Positions 46,527 to 59,956 of a DNA stretch of 64,000 bases are shown in pieces. Where the stretch lies: the NCBI GenBank assembly GCA_020891255.1, contig BQFW01000009.1, positions 930,001 to 994,000 on the forward strand, read 5' to 3'. Within the stretch, counting starts at the first letter, position 1; each line of letters begins with the position of its first letter. A program made the translations under genes and the position numbers. Below the pieces are notes generated by a model. That model was given only the letters and a program-made list of their open reading frames with translations, had not been told where the DNA came from and did not search any database. The DNA comes from Entomortierella parvispora E1425. Taxonomy: Eukaryota > Fungi > Mortierellomycota.

Positions 46527-47510
46527 GAGTCGTTCAAGATCATCACAAAATAAAACTAGAAAACGGATCTTACTTTTGCTGCCATCACCACCGCTTTCCA
46601 AATCGGACGGATTATTGTCGTCTTCGGGAGGGACATATGGAGTAGTGGACTGATGTGGAGCAGGAGCGTTATGTACCAAGCTTCCTCGAAAGACTTTGTC
46701 CAGTTCTTCGAATCGAGGGCAGTGCTCCAATATCTGCTCCCGCAGGGATTGCCTCCCTGTGTGTCCAGATCCTGTCTTCTTCATTAGCCGTTTTGCTTCC
46801 TGGTACTTCCCTCTCATGTATTGAAGGATAGAGTTGATCGACTTGGCGGTATGTTTTGTTCCAAGCCTTTCGTTGACATAGTTCGCTATTTCAGTCTGGA
46901 TCTGCGCCATCGTTTGGCCACCAGGCCGTTGGGTATAAGTCACATAGTTCTCCGGCTCAGAAAGCCACTCAACGATAGCAACCACTGGCGGTTTTTTCCA
47001 ATACAAAGCCGACGGCTTCTTCTGCTCTGCAGCTTCAGACTGGATCAGCGCATCCTCAGTATCTGAATCCGTCGGAAGGCTCTGAGGACGAGCAGAAGGC
47101 CCATGCTTTCTGGGTGCAATGGGCATTAGGCGGTTGTTTGCAGCAGTTGGTCGACCAAAGGGTGACGACGAAGACGACGAAGAGCTGCCAGATTCTGAAG
47201 ACCCCATGTATTGGTTTGTCAAATACGGGTTGTTACTGATTGGCATGGAATTGCTGTTAAATACATGCTGCATTGAGCTACCGTCAAATTGTTGGCGCTG
47301 TAGCTGTTGCTGCGAATTAATGTTACTGCTGCTTATGTTGTTGTGGTTGTTGGATGGCACAATGTTGGTGCTGTCGATGTAAGGCTGGATAGAGTTGCTT
47401 GTTGGTGGCATTGTGCTGCTGTTGGGCTGCATTATCCTGTTGCCAGACTGCTGATTATTATGTCTTGAATGAGAAATGGCGGGATCCGAAGCAGATTGAT
47501 TGTTGGACAT
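45945..47510 (-). CDS. Myb/SANT-like DNA-binding protein of the Harbinger element (2 exons, ~489 aa)
   Basis: Exons 47510-46574 and 46477-45945 join in phase 1 (GT 46573, AG 46478). W...V.AIVEWL..NY..Y....IANYVNE...K.INS.LQY.R.KY..AK..M.KTGSG..CP.FEELD.VF matches the Harbinger Myb-like pattern. The N-terminus is N/Q/S-rich and the tail is coiled-coil. The start is the first in-frame ATG. Confidence 0.8.
46291..46345 (-). repeat. 21-nt coding tandem repeat (ERERALV) in the Myb gene
   Basis: GCCCTCTCACGCTCAACAAGG repeated about 2.5 times on the + strand. Confidence 0.85.
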
Positions 47511-48182
47511 TACTATGAAATCAAAGTCTTCGTCAAAAAGGGTCCTGCTCAGCTGGGTCTCTTCGTGGTTCGGTAGAAAGGAGGAGGGAGAGTGTGCACG
47601 AGAGTAGGAGGGTGAAGGGAGGGAAGTGTCAGCAACAGCAAAGTTGGCAAACCTTTGGACAAGTGGGGGAGAAGAAAGAGTGTCCAAAAGCGGAGGAGAG
47701 GGAAGCGAGTTGTCCTCCCAACAGGCTGTTTCAGCAGGGGATTTAAAGGGTTGTGGCTGTCCATTGAGGTGAAGGGGGGGGAAGGCTGCAACAAAAAAGG
47801 AAGCCCACTATAATAGTGAAGAGTTTTATATCATTTTCTCTGCTTTATCGTCTCTATAAAACAGAGAAAACCCTCTTCCACGGAGCCTCTTCTCGTTGGT
47901 GAACCTTGAGCTCATATATTATATATTTTTTATACTAGCCTGGCATTGAACCAATGGCGTACTTCTAAATATTATATTATATCGATTATAGGTCACTGAA
48001 TGCCCCTCTGATTGGTTCCGCGATTGGCTCAGAGCGCCTGCTGTGGGGTCGACTGGTGGCGTGCGTTCTTCGAGGGAAGAAGAAAGACACAAGGACACGT
48101 TCGTTGGGTTTCCATCTTATCCTTATCCTCATCCCTCCCCGCGTTTCCCTTTCTTCATCTCTTCATCTACACATCTCTCATA

Positions 48183-50450
48183 ATGTCTGTCACTACCCCC
48201 GCTGCTGCCCAGGCCACCTCGGCCAAGACCGTCTCTTCCTCCACATATGTCAAGAAGCCCAGCCAGGAGGAGAAGGACAAGACCGTCAAGGAGATCGAGG
48301 CCAACATGGAGAAGATCCGTCCCCGCTTGGTAAGCCCATCATCCAGCAGGCCTTCATCATTCGTGTCGCCGCTCTCTTGGTCTCATCTCAGAACGGCAAT
48401 GGCTGCAAGGTTGCTCATGTCTACAACATTCTGGATGTTGAAAGAAAAAAAGCTCCCGACAAGGATCAGGAAACAGGATCGGGATCTGTGTTCTCATTTT
48501 ATGTTTTTGAACTCCTGTTATCTGGGCGAGCGACATCATCTTCATCTTCATCTTCATCTCGTCAAACATCATCATCATCATCTAATATCGTTCCATGAAC
48601 AACCGACATTGTCCTTGACGCCAAAAAAAGACACTTTATGTTACTCCCGGGAAAACGAGCTGAACAACTGGAACTGATATCCCGTATCGATTGTTTTTCT
48701 GGGTTTTAGAACGCTGTTCGTGAGGCCATTGCCTCCGCCACTGGAAAGTCAGAGTCCGACCCCAGAACCGCTCTCCGCAAGCGTTTGGGCGAGCTCCGTG
48801 ACAAGCAGGCTGAGAACAAGAAGGGCAAGCAGGTCAAGATTGATCAGCTCACCGCCTTGAACAACTCCTTGAAGAAGAAGGTAACCTTTTTTTTTTGTGG
48901 AGATTTTTTTTTCTTAGGAGGTTTGCTAAGAAGACGAAACTCAACGGACAGAAAAGAAGATCGCACACCATGACACTCATGCTCCACCTCTGTTTTATGT
49001 TTTGTATGCACTCTTAGATCGCCGATCTCAAGGCCACTCAGGACAAGTTCCCTTACAAGACCACCGAGGCTGTCGATGCCCAGATCAGGTACGGACAACT
49101 CCCCAAACTGGAGGAAACAATTTGACATCTATGATAAGGAAAGAGAGTCTGTCGTGCGGCACCCATTAACTCTTGAGGCTCGCAACTTTCCCCCCCCCCC
49201 CCCCCCTTTTTTTTTTTTTTTAATCCTACAAAGCAAGTTGGAGAAGCAGATTGACTCTGGATCTTTGAAGTTGGTCGAGGAGAAGCGCATCCTCACCGAG
49301 ATCTCTTCCTTGAAGAAGGCCAAGAAGACTGTTGAGGCTGCTCAGGCTCAGCAGATTTCCATTGACGAGGACAAGGCCGCCATTGCTGCTTTGAAGGAAA
49401 CCATTGACGATTCTGCCGCTAAGGCCCTCAGCACCGAGTACAACCAGATCCAGGCTCAGTTGGATGAGATCACCAAGGAGAAGGATTCCGTCTGGAAGAA
49501 GCGCAACGATCTCTTTGATGAGCGTAACCGTCTCCAGAAGGAGCTCGATGTTGAGTACCAGCGCAAGAAGACCGTCAACGACGAGTACTTCCAGGCTTTG
49601 CGCGAGTTCTCAAAGTTCCAGCAGGAGCAGCAGGCCCGTAAGCAGGAGGAGTACAAGGCCCAGAAGCAGGCTAAGTTGGAGGAGAAGCGCCTTGAGTTGG
49701 CCAAGGAGGAGCGTGAGAACGCTGAGATCCCTGCCTACACCAACGAGATTGTTACCTGCGACAGCGTTTACAAGTACTTGGTCCAGTTCAGCGGTGATGA
49801 GAAGCGCATTGCCGAGGCCAGTGCCATTGCCCCCACTGAGGTTGCCACCGTCAACGTTCGTCAGGTCGATACTACCGCCAATGTCCCCACCGGTGTCATG
49901 CTCCAGAAGAAGGCTGACAAGGTTGAGGAGGTCTTCTTTGCCGGAAAGTCCAAGAAGTCTCGCGGCCCCAAGGAGAAGAAGGTCGAGGGCAACTCTTTCA
50001 AGCTCCCCCTTGCTGTTCTCGAGCAGTTGGTAGGTTTTCCTCTTGCATCTTTTTTTTTTCTTCGACGTTTTATTCCCAAGCAGACGCTCTTTGCCTAACA
50101 GAATATGACTTTCAATTGCACTATCCAACAATAGATTGAGCTCAAGGTTGTTGTTCCCACCTCCCCCGCCGAGTTGGCCAAGACCTTGGATGCCTTGATC
50201 GAGAAGAGAGATTACTTCAAGGCCAACCAGGAGAAGGCCACCGCCGAGAACAAGCGCAAGGCCGAGGAGCGCATTGCCAAGTTGACCTTGGAGTCTGTCG
50301 AGGCTGATGCCGAGAAGCCCGCCGAGGTCGAGGCCACTGCTTGTAAGTCTTTTTTTTAGAAAAAAAATTCATGAATTGTATCTTATCCTCTATTGAAGAG
50401 AATGTGCTTTATTAACATTCCTGCCTTCTTCCTGCTTTCTTTGATTAGAA
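48183..50450 (+). CDS. BFR1: Bfr1-like coiled-coil protein (nuclear segregation / mRNP-associated), multi-exon
   Basis: VKKPSQEEKDK..; LEKQIDSGSLKLVEEKRILTEISSLKK; EIPAYTNEIVTCDSV..YL; VVPTSPAEL.KTLDAL.EKRDYFK.NQ. The stop codon is split by the last intron (T 50342 | AA 50449-50450). Confidence 0.8.
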
Positions 50451-50672
50451 ATTTGTCTCCTTTGTCCTTTAAGCCGACTTTGATTACAAGAACCCAAACC
50501 CCCCGCGACTGCACAACTTTTTGATCTTTCTGTTTTCATGAACATGAATTAGGAAGTATCACTTTGTTGTTGATCTGTGAAACGAATATATCCAGACGCT
50601 CGTCAAAAAATAAAGCATCATCTTTTCCCTTTTATTTATCGACGGACGAATTCTTCGAGGACCTCCAATCAC

Positions 50673-53451
50673 CTACACGGACAGGGCCTGTGGTGATGGT
50701 GGTGGTGATTGCCGCTGCCGCTGCTGCTGCTGTCTTGTCAAATCCAGCTTTGGCCGATCGTCCGAATCTAGGGCAGCTCCGACAGCATCTTCAGCGCCGC
50801 GAGCAAAGCATAACGCGGGTTTCAATCCAAGGGCTACAGCCTGGTCAATAACAATGTGTTTGATGGATGATCCAGGGGCATCGTACATGACATCGAGCAA
50901 CAAAGACTCCTACATACAAAAAAAAAAAAAAAAAAAAAAAAAAAGTCGCGGTCAGTGGTGAGTGGAGGTAATGAGGTGTTTTGCATGCTTTGAAGAAGCA
51001 TTTTTTTTTTATACCATAATCCTCCGTAGTCCTCGCGCGCCTGTTTGCTTCTCAATAGCCTGCCTAGCGATGGTACGCAAGGCGGCTTCAGTGAAGTGAA
51101 TTTTGACTTCGCCCAATCCAAAAAGACCTTGGTACTGCTTCACAAGTGAGTTTCTGGGCTCAGTCAAGATCCGAACCAAAGCGGTCTCATCCAGTTGGTT
51201 GACAGAAGCCACAACAGGCAGACGTCCAATGAACTCCGGGATCAGTCCAAACTTGACAAGATCAGAAGGGTCGACTTGATCCAACAATCGACTGACCTGG
51301 GACGATGCATCCTTAGCTTGGGACAACTCTGAGGAGGGTGCTCGTACCATGGCGTCAAAGCCAATAGAACCTTTGGAGACCCTGTCCAGGACAATTTTTT
51401 CCAGTCCAATGAACGCTCCACTAAGGATGAACAGAATATTGCTGGTGTCCACAGAATAGACCTCGCCTTTGACGCCTGGTCCTCCGATGGAACCAGGGCC
51501 TCCTAAACCGGGCAAGCCTCCCTTCCGTCCGCCATTGGCGCCATTCCAGCTGGAGCCATTTTTTTCCGTCACGTTGACGACAGTTCCTTCGAGCATTCTT
51601 AAGAGTGCTTGCTGTACACCTTCACCCGAGACATCCTTGGAGATTGACATGGCATCGGGCCTCTTTGAGATCTTGTCAATTTCGTCAATGAAGACTATGC
51701 CACACTCTGCCTTCTTGATATTATAGTCGCAGTTCTATCAGGATTGTCAAAAAGGAGCCATTGTGACCAAGACGCGTGAATGGGTCATTCTCTTCTGTCC
51801 GTTATTTTTTTTCCTCTTTTTCATGCCACCGCTGTTCGTCACAGATCATGCTGGCCTCACCTGCAGCAGACGATGAATCACCATCTCAACATCTTCTCCC
51901 ACATAGCCAGCTTGTGTGAAAGGGGTAGCTAGAATGTACAAAAACACATTTGTTTGTCAGTTAGTTTTTTTTCTTTTTCTGTTTGCAAGTTAGATACCAA
52001 TGTAACATGTGTTTGAACGTAATCTTCTGTACCATCCGACATTGAAAAGGGGACATTTAGAACTTTAGCGAGTGTTCTTGCAAGCAGGGTCTTTCCCGAT
52101 CCAGTCGGGCCCAGTAACAAGACGTTGCTCTTGTCAAAAACCGTTTGAACTGCCGTAGTTAATGTTGGAGGAGGCGGAGGGGGGTGATTGTAGGTGTCAA
52201 ATGGTTGTGTATAGAGGGGAGTAGGCGGTGCTTGCCCATTGTTTGCAGCGTTGACCCAGGGATGTTGATGAGGATATCGGATTGCAGCTATGCGTGTTCA
52301 CCGTGACGAACAAAAAAAAATGTTGTTAGTCTGCACGGCAGAACCTCGCACAACACACCTCTGTTAAATCTTTGATGTACCTCCATGCGCGGATTGAGAT
52401 TCTGGGGCGCCCCGAGTGGTGTCAGTGTTACTTTGATTTGCAGGGGCGGCAGAAGAGTCTTCCATCATTTCAATTGTAGAGCCATAGACGGTCGGCTCTG
52501 GTGTTGATGGTGTCGTCGTTGCAGAAGTCTGGAAGGGCGTAAGTGATTCCTGGATCTGCTGCTGACGAATGTTCTCGTTCACACGGGAATAGTGGTTAAA
52601 AACAGCCACGGCGAGGATCTTTTTAGCCTTCTCCTGTCCGATCACAAACTCGTCCAAGTGCTTCACGATCTAAGGGCAGGGACGGACATATTAGCCATGT
52701 GGTGGTGAAGAAACCTCAATGCCCGACTATACGTGTAGACGAGATGATCCTCCTCTTGTGTCAGCGTCACGTACTGTTCTTGGATTGTAAAGCTCTGCCA
52801 TCTTGTGCACCGCTAGATTTGTCCGGTCATATCCTTGTGCCCCTGCAGAGGACTCTCCGCGACCACCACTACCTCCAAGAGTATCACGCGACTGAAGAAT
52901 GCCAGCTTCCAGAGTATTTGAGCCTGGGAAGACAGAGGTGGGTGTCGCTGCTTGAATATCGCCAGGAAGCGGAACTCCAACTTGGGGTTAAAGTGTAACG
53001 CAAATTGGAGTTAGTTCACTAATATCGATGGCCATCATGTCGCGGCGCATATGTGCATGAACAAAGTACCTTTTGCCTTGTGATGGTACGTAGATAGGAT
53101 CCTGGCCTCAAAGGGGATCTGCCCATCCGCACGACGATCTTGTGTGGGAGGAGGAGGAGGAGATGGTGCTTCAGTAGACGACTTTGTGTTTGCCTCTTTT
53201 AATGCATCCTGGCTGGCTTGGTGCCTTGCAGAGTCAAAGAAGGAGGTTGGTTTTGCAGGTGGCTGCGGAGGTGACGATGGTGGCTGGTCGTTCCGTAATC
53301 GGCGGGGAGTACAGGACAATAGACGCAATGGCTGTGTTAGAGATCGATAGGTGCCAGATCGGGGAAGAGGAGATCTGCACAGCGAAGGGAGGGAGGGCAC
53401 GACGTGGGCTCTCTGGCCAACAATGACGGCACGCGAGACGCAGGTCTGCAT
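50673..53451 (-). CDS. CLPX: Mitochondrial ClpX AAA+ unfoldase (Mcx1-like), multi-exon
   Basis: Presequence-like N-terminus; [24 protein letters not shown]; [15 protein letters not shown] (Walker A); FIDEIDKI (Walker B); [17 protein letters not shown]; [11 protein letters not shown]; [10 protein letters not shown]. Confidence 0.95.
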
Positions 53452-55162
53452 CGGGAGGGTAATGCCAAAAGAAGAGAGCTACGAAATGAGCAAATGCAAC
53501 GAGTGAATGGAAGAATTGACAGCCAGCAAAAGAAAAGGAATCGCGAATGGACTAAGAGAAAGAGAGGGAAAGAGAGAAGGAGGGAAAGGAAAGAAAAAGA
53601 AAGAAAAGACGGGAGCAAAAAGAAGGGAGGGAGGGAAGGAGGAAGGGCGAAAGGGAATGGCTGGATGAGCAAGGAGAAGCAAAGTCGCTCGAAGCGCCCA
53701 CTTGGGGACAACTAGACTACCAGGCATGGGAACCCGCAACCCACGGGACTATGGGTCACGTGGAGAACACGCTTGCGACTGCAAGGTCGCGTCTTTTCAA
53801 TGCGGGTGTCGATCGTCTGAATATTGTTTGTCAACGGCGTGGCTGTTTTGGGGGTCACTGTGCCCCAAAGGTGGTCGACACCGATTCCCCAAGACAGGGA
53901 CAAAAACAAGTAATTCGAAGACCCTTGTGCAACATCGATCAATACATGTCTGCCGAACATGACGAACTTGGATGGAAGGCTCAGGTCTGTTCCGGAGCTC
54001 CGTAAATCCCTCTGTAGTCGGTCGACACCGCCGCTCCAACTTTCAAACAGTGACGAAACACCTATGTCTGCATACATCGTTTCCCCAGACACCCAGATGA
54101 ACGATGCAGAAAACCATGAGCTACTTTGTCCCTGGCCCTCCTTCTGCGACGACGCTTCTTTTTGTCCGTCCGCAAGAACAGCCGCCCTCCATTCGGCTTC
54201 ATTAGCTCCATTCCGCGTCAAGAACAAGACATTGGCCCGAGCCCGCCACCAAGAGTCCTTCGCGACTGCTCTTCTGCGGCTGCAAGAAAGGAACAATGTT
54301 CTGTACTTGGTTCCTTGGCAGGGTCTCGAGGTTCTTTACTGAAAGCACCACCCTCCAGATACCGTGGGAGTTCCTGGCGTGCTTGAGGGTTTCGACTGCC
54401 TGCTCCTTTTTCTGCCTTCATTCTTGATTTCGATCCCTCCGTTTGCAAGGACAATTGCACTCCGTTCAGCTCATGGCCCGACTCATTCGCGGCCAAGTTC
54501 AACTTCAAGACTGATTGGGCTGAGCCCGCCACCAAAAGATGTCGCGACTGCCCCACAGCGGTCGGGGGGGGGGGGCTTCTGTTAGAGCCAAAGGTATAAG
54601 CGGGGCTAATGCTCTACAGTTTCTTCCTTTGATACCTCACTTTGGGCCTATACGCAGGGCGGTGACTAGATAGCTGGGTTGGTGGGTTGGGTTGGGAATC
54701 AGGGTCTTGTTCTTCTCTAACAACCCTTCAAACTATAAAGGCCAATGCCTCTGTTCTTTTTGACTAAAGCTTTGGTCGAGAACATTTTGCCATTTTTGAA
54801 CGTTCACCGAAGACTCGATTCAACAGCGGGTCAAATCATCGAAGAGAGATAGAGTCGGAAGTGACCAAAGAGGAATGGCTCATCTAGGTTGACCTGCAGA
54901 CCCTTGCGGCGTGGGAGTGGCGTGTGCTGCCTGTGGAAGCAGGGTCGTCTGTGATCTGTGATCTGGAGGGTGCTCAGACAGTTCGGCGCAATTCCAAAAG
55001 CCAAAAACAAGGTTTCGCGCACACTGCGCCCGACCGACGCCGTTTTGTCCTTCCCGAATGTGACTCGATCTGCACACAGAAAAGAACAAAAAGGGTCCTT
55101 CATTTCCCTTTTCACCAGTCATTCCTTCTTCGCTTCGTCAATTGCCCTCTTCAAAGCACACC

Positions 55163-56148
55163 ATGGTCACCACATCTATCCCCATCCGGTACACTCGCAT
55201 CGACAAGAGTCTCTACTCGCAGAACACTCTCGGCGAATACAGTGGCCTGCAGATCGAAACTGACAACATTCTGCTCGAACCTCTATTGGTACGACCCTGA
55301 ACGTTGCCTCCTTTTATCCATTCTTCCTACCAGCTGCTGATTCATAATCATTCATGCGTCCATGCGTCCATGCGTCCATGCATTCATGCAGACAGTCACT
55401 CATCCCAACCTTTTTTGTTCTCATGTAATCTAATTGTGCAACTCAGATTGATCGAGATGCCCCCAAGCTGTGGAATCTGTACAAAGATCACCTGGACCTC
55501 TTCCATTTCTTCCCCCATGGCCCTCTGACCACCTACGAAAAGTTCTATGCAGTCCAGAAGCGCTTCTGCGATTCTCCAGAGTTCTCCAATTGGACCGTCC
55601 ACCTTCTTGTCGACACTTCCGCCGAAGGTCAACCCTCCAAAGAAAAGACCCGGATCCTTTGTGGCTCGATCTGTCTATTGGACATCCAACCCGCTCACAG
55701 ACGATGCGAAGTAGGGGCTATCTGGTTCCACCCTGCTGTCCATGGTACCACGGTCATGCTCGAGAGCACCTACATGCTCTTGCGCCTTGCCTTTGGCCGA
55801 CTCCAGTCCGGTCGTGTGCAGTGGAAGACCCATCATGCCAACGTTGCCTCACAAAAGGCTGCCCTCAAGCTTGGCTTTGAACAGGATGGATTGCACCGCA
55901 AACATCTTCTCAACTGGGATGGCATCTGGCGACACTCTTACTTTTACTCCATGACAGACGACGACTGGTTCGGCGTTCCAGTCACGACAACCCCTGGAGC
56001 CGCACAAGAGCCCTTGGCTGATGGACTGGAGGGACTGGGACTCGAGTCCAAGGGCAAGCAATTGGCCCTGGAGACAAAGATCGCAGAGCGCAGAAAGACC
56101 AGCAAGCCATTCCCTGCCAGTGTCCTGGCTGGTCAGCCTCTGGCATGA
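55163..56148 (+). CDS. RimJ/RimL-type GNAT acetyltransferase (2 exons, 275 aa)
   Basis: Exons 55163-55288 and 55447-56148 are in frame; LDIQPAHRRCEVGAIWF..ESTYMLLRLAF..RVQWKT...NVASQKAA.KLGF..DG..R. Confidence 0.85.
55353..55390. repeat. Intronic (CATGCGTC)3 tandem repeat with degenerate extension
   Basis: Read directly within the GNAT intron. Confidence 0.85.
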
Positions 56149-56584
56149 GCTTCTTTTGTTGGTACATCTTTCTCTTCGCGTTGTACGCTCGCCTAGAAAA
56201 TCAAGTGGCAGCATCCTGAGGGTCAATGCGCAGCCGCGTCAAGCTCCACTTTCCACTTCATGGCATCCACTTAGATAATCGCCCCTAGAACCCCCACTAT
56301 GGATAAAAGATTTACAACCTTCCTGCTGATCGTGCACAGTTGCTGACTGTGGGAAAGTTGCACATTACAGGTCAAAGACCTTTGTGTCACCTGGTCGCAA
56401 GGTAGCAAACAATGGATCATTGTGAGTCAGGTCTGTGCATTCAGATACTTGAACTCTGTGAGTTTGCACCTGGAGTGCATTTTTGTGGCAGGATAAATAC
56501 CAAAGTTATGACAATGAACGCTGGTCTAATTTTCTTTTTATTGTGAAATGCGAATGGTAGTGGGGGTAGTGCAAGTGAATTATT

Positions 56585-59500
56585 TTACATGTGAATGATC
56601 TCGACGCCATAGTCAGGAATGCCCTGACCACTCTCCATCTTGCGTCTCCTCCTCTTCTCCATCGCCAAGGATTGGGCACTCTTGATAGCGAGCACGCCTC
56701 CGCTAATGGTGGCACCATATCCAGCGGCGTTCAACTCGGCCTCCTTCTGTCGGCGGATCATGTCCTTCTGCTTGCGATCAAAGAGTCCAAGGGGTCCTCT
56801 CAACGATTGCTCCAACTGGTTGATCACATCTGCCTCGGTCTGGATAGCCTTCTGGACAGTCTTCAGAATTGGGTGCAATTGAGGGGACAAGATCAAAGCT
56901 GGGAAGTGGACGTCCAACAAGAGCGTCAACATGTCAACCACCAATCCATATCCGGGCAATCCTCCGGGCATCTGCTTCTTATCTGCGGGAAGGCCTTGGT
57001 GTCCAATGCCTCCACGCTCGTTCCAAATGCTCAACCAACTGCTCAAGATCTCAAGAACGACAGTCAACTCATCAATCGTCAAACGCTTGACAGCCTGCTG
57101 CATAAAGATCTCGTTGCTGGGAGCCACCATGACCAAGTTCAAGAACCGTGGGACATCTGGTACAGTTGTGGACACGTCCTGCTTCGTCTTGGACGCTAAT
57201 GATTCTGAGGTGGCTGCAGACTTGTTCAATCCGATGACTTGCTTCAACATGACCACCATGTCCATCTCGGGAATATCATGAAGCTTCTGGAGAGCCAGCT
57301 CGATCAGGCCCCATTGCTCGCGCTCCATCAAGTTCAATGCAATGCCTGCTTGTCCTGCACCGGGGTTGGAGTTACCGACGAGCTGCTTCTCAATCAAGAA
57401 CTGAATGACCTTGGCGGGCCAGAAAGTCATGTCTGGCTGACCGTTGGGCAAGGTGACAAAGCAGCGACGGATGACAGTGGTGAGGAAGTGATGCGAAAGC
57501 TCTGGGAGGGGGGCAGGCTTGTGTCCGGCACGGAGCAAACGACGGGTTTCTCTGTATTTAGCCATAGCCTCGGCCTCCTGCTTGCGCCATGCGACCATAG
57601 CAGCGGCATGTGCCTCCAAGCGCTCCTTATCCTCCTCGACATGATCAACCTTGTACTCATCCTCCTCCTGCTGCTGCTGGACCTGCTCGTCCTCCTCAGC
57701 CTCCTCAGCCTCAGCCTCGGGCTCGTGCTCCTCGTCCTCATCTGAATCATCTGAGGATGAGCCACCCTCAACCTCCTCCTTTCTCTGAGCGGCAGAGGAC
57801 TCGCGCTCCTTCTTTGAAGCCTTGGACTTTTTGGACTTTGTCGATGCTCGGGAATCCTCGGTATCAATATCCATGGCGTTGCTTGATGCAGACTTCTTCT
57901 GCTTTTGGCTGAGCTTGTCTGCGTGTGCCTTAACGGCCTCCTCAACCTCTTTGGCATCCACACCAAAGCGGTTCATCATATCCTGGAAAGCCTCGGCAGT
58001 CTGATGGTCAACATGATCAAAGAACACCTTCTCAAAAGACTTGACAGTGGCCGTGGTCGATTTAGAAGAGAGGGCCTCCAACGCTTTCCTCTCAGCAGCC
58101 AGAGAAGCGCTAATATCCTGTCCTTCCTTCAGATCCTTGCCAACGACAGTGCCAACTACGTGAGCTGGGGTCAAGAGCATGGTCGTGGTGGAAGAATAAA
58201 CATCCTGTCCCAACAATGATCCATCATAGCCCAAGAAAGGAGCAGTGTCTCTCATCTTGCCCATCGCTCCCAAAAGCGACATGGGCTCGGCATAGAACGG
58301 GCAGAAAAAGATTTTTGATTTGACGGTTGCGCCCTGGAGCTGAGAGACTGTGATGGAGAGCACAGAGTCCTGAAGCAAGGCCAGTTGGCAAGAGGTGGTC
58401 TTTGCGTTGTAGGTTCCAGGAATGACGGTCTTGGCCTGAAGCGTTCCATAGCGAATGTCCCAAATGGTAAGAGTCAACTCAGATTTACCTAAGTAGATAA
58501 AAAAAAGTTAGAGTGCTATCCTCTTTTGGCAACATTGACAATCATCTAGACTCATTCAAACCCTTACCATCCTGTTGGTGGTTTCCGGCGAGGGCAAGGT
58601 AGTTGTCGCCAAGTGCAAGAGTGTCGATATGCATGGTTGATTCCTGATCACCCTTAGAGCTCTTCTTCACTGTGGTGCTCGAGGCAGCAAATCCTGGCAA
58701 AGGAAGCGTCAGTGTTTCACTAATGGAAACGGCATGGTCTCCCTGGCTCACTTCGAATGCGAAAACCTTCAACTGACCCGCAGCGGCTATCGATTATTGG
58801 CAAGGACAAGTTAGAGCTTTTCCAAAATTGACGATATAACTCCTTGTATCCGTATTCCACTTACACATGAATGACAAATGTCCGGCGCTGACGTCAAACG
58901 AAAAGCCAGATGCTCCAGTAGCACCTGAAATTTCGACCTCTCCAAAGCTTGAGAAACCACGAACCTCCTCGTTCACGTACGACAATGATGCCACAACCTT
59001 TCCGCTGGATGTCTCTGTGATAGTCATCACAACCAAGGTAGCACGAGGCAAGGAGCCAGAAGGAATCCAGGATCCTGAGGTATTATAGGTGGTAGCCCAA
59101 CGCATGGTGTGCTCTTCCGCGGCTGACATCTCTGCTTTCTCCTTCTTTGTAGCCCTCTTTCCTGTCTTGGTTGCCTGAACCTCCACGGGCTTTTGAATGT
59201 CCTTGGTACTGACGACTCGCGACAAATCCTCAGTGACCAACGAAATACTTCCATCCATGTTTGTCAATACAATGTTGTTGGGAAGCAGCGAGGAGACAAA
59301 GAGTTGGTGAATCTTGCGATCAAACTGTCGGATAAAAAATGGTTAGCAACAAGGATCAGACATCTAATATGCAAGATCATCATGCGCATGATCGCCTTCC
59401 TGAATCAATTCAAATCCCTGTACCTTTTGAACAGTCTTTTTAGCATCTGATGGGGCAGCAGCGCCTTCAGTCATTTCAACGTCTTTATCGGCATTTGCTG

Positions 59501-59956
59501 AGAGGTCCTTCCACATCCAGACGATCTTGCCTTCCTCTTTGGTGGGGATATCGCTTCCCTTGGCAATGACGGCGTAGACATTTCGAAGTTGGGCTGATTT
59601 GCGAAGGGTCTGAGCCGATCCTGTGAACGAGTGTCCTGGAGGAGTGGAGTAGGAAAGAACGCACTTTTGATCTGCGGTCTATATTTCCAGAACAACGTAA
59701 AAAGGCACCGTTAATATCCCCGTCGACAAGTCATACATGGGTACAGATGTTAGGGATGTGGAGTAGGAGCACTCACGTTGTAGAGCTGAACGCCCTGTCC
59801 CTGCACAGCGACGACAAGGAGGTTGGTTGCGTCGTCTTGTCCTGACTGGTCGCTACTGCCCTCGGCAGTGCAGGTCACTGCAGGGTTCTGTTGGTGAGCA
59901 TGTGTGGTCGAGGTAAAGCTCGCGAGGAGGAAAGGGTCATCGACACTGACGGGCAT
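56585..59956 (-). CDS. U3 snoRNP t-UTP subunit Utp8/NOL11-like protein, multi-exon
   Basis: N-terminal FLLASF..LLVVAVQGQGVQLY (beta-propeller start); LTIWDIRYGT; C-terminal LEILSSWL..VVDMLTLLLDVHF..LIL..GIPDYGVEIIHM fits the Utp8/NOL11 C-terminus. Confidence 0.7.

Larger units (their letters stand above)
44234..47997. mobile_element. PIF/Harbinger DNA transposon (transposase + Myb/SANT gene); ends approximate
   Basis: Two-gene convergent architecture typical of Harbinger. Weak AT-rich imperfect inverted ends: TATAATATAATAT at 44237-44249 versus its complement at 47969-47981, with AGTG/CACT outside. No clear TSD was identified. Confidence 0.7.

Noticed and set aside
37258-48000. TIRs enclosing the whole Fanzor + Harbinger island
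   Set aside because: No inverted match or TSD was found between the 37.3-kb and 48.0-kb boundaries by eye.
53712-54586. Overlapping 80-194 aa ORFs on both strands between CLPX and the GNAT gene
   Set aside because: No motif, no coherent splice model and atypical composition; treated as intergenic, although a small gene or lncRNA cannot be excluded.
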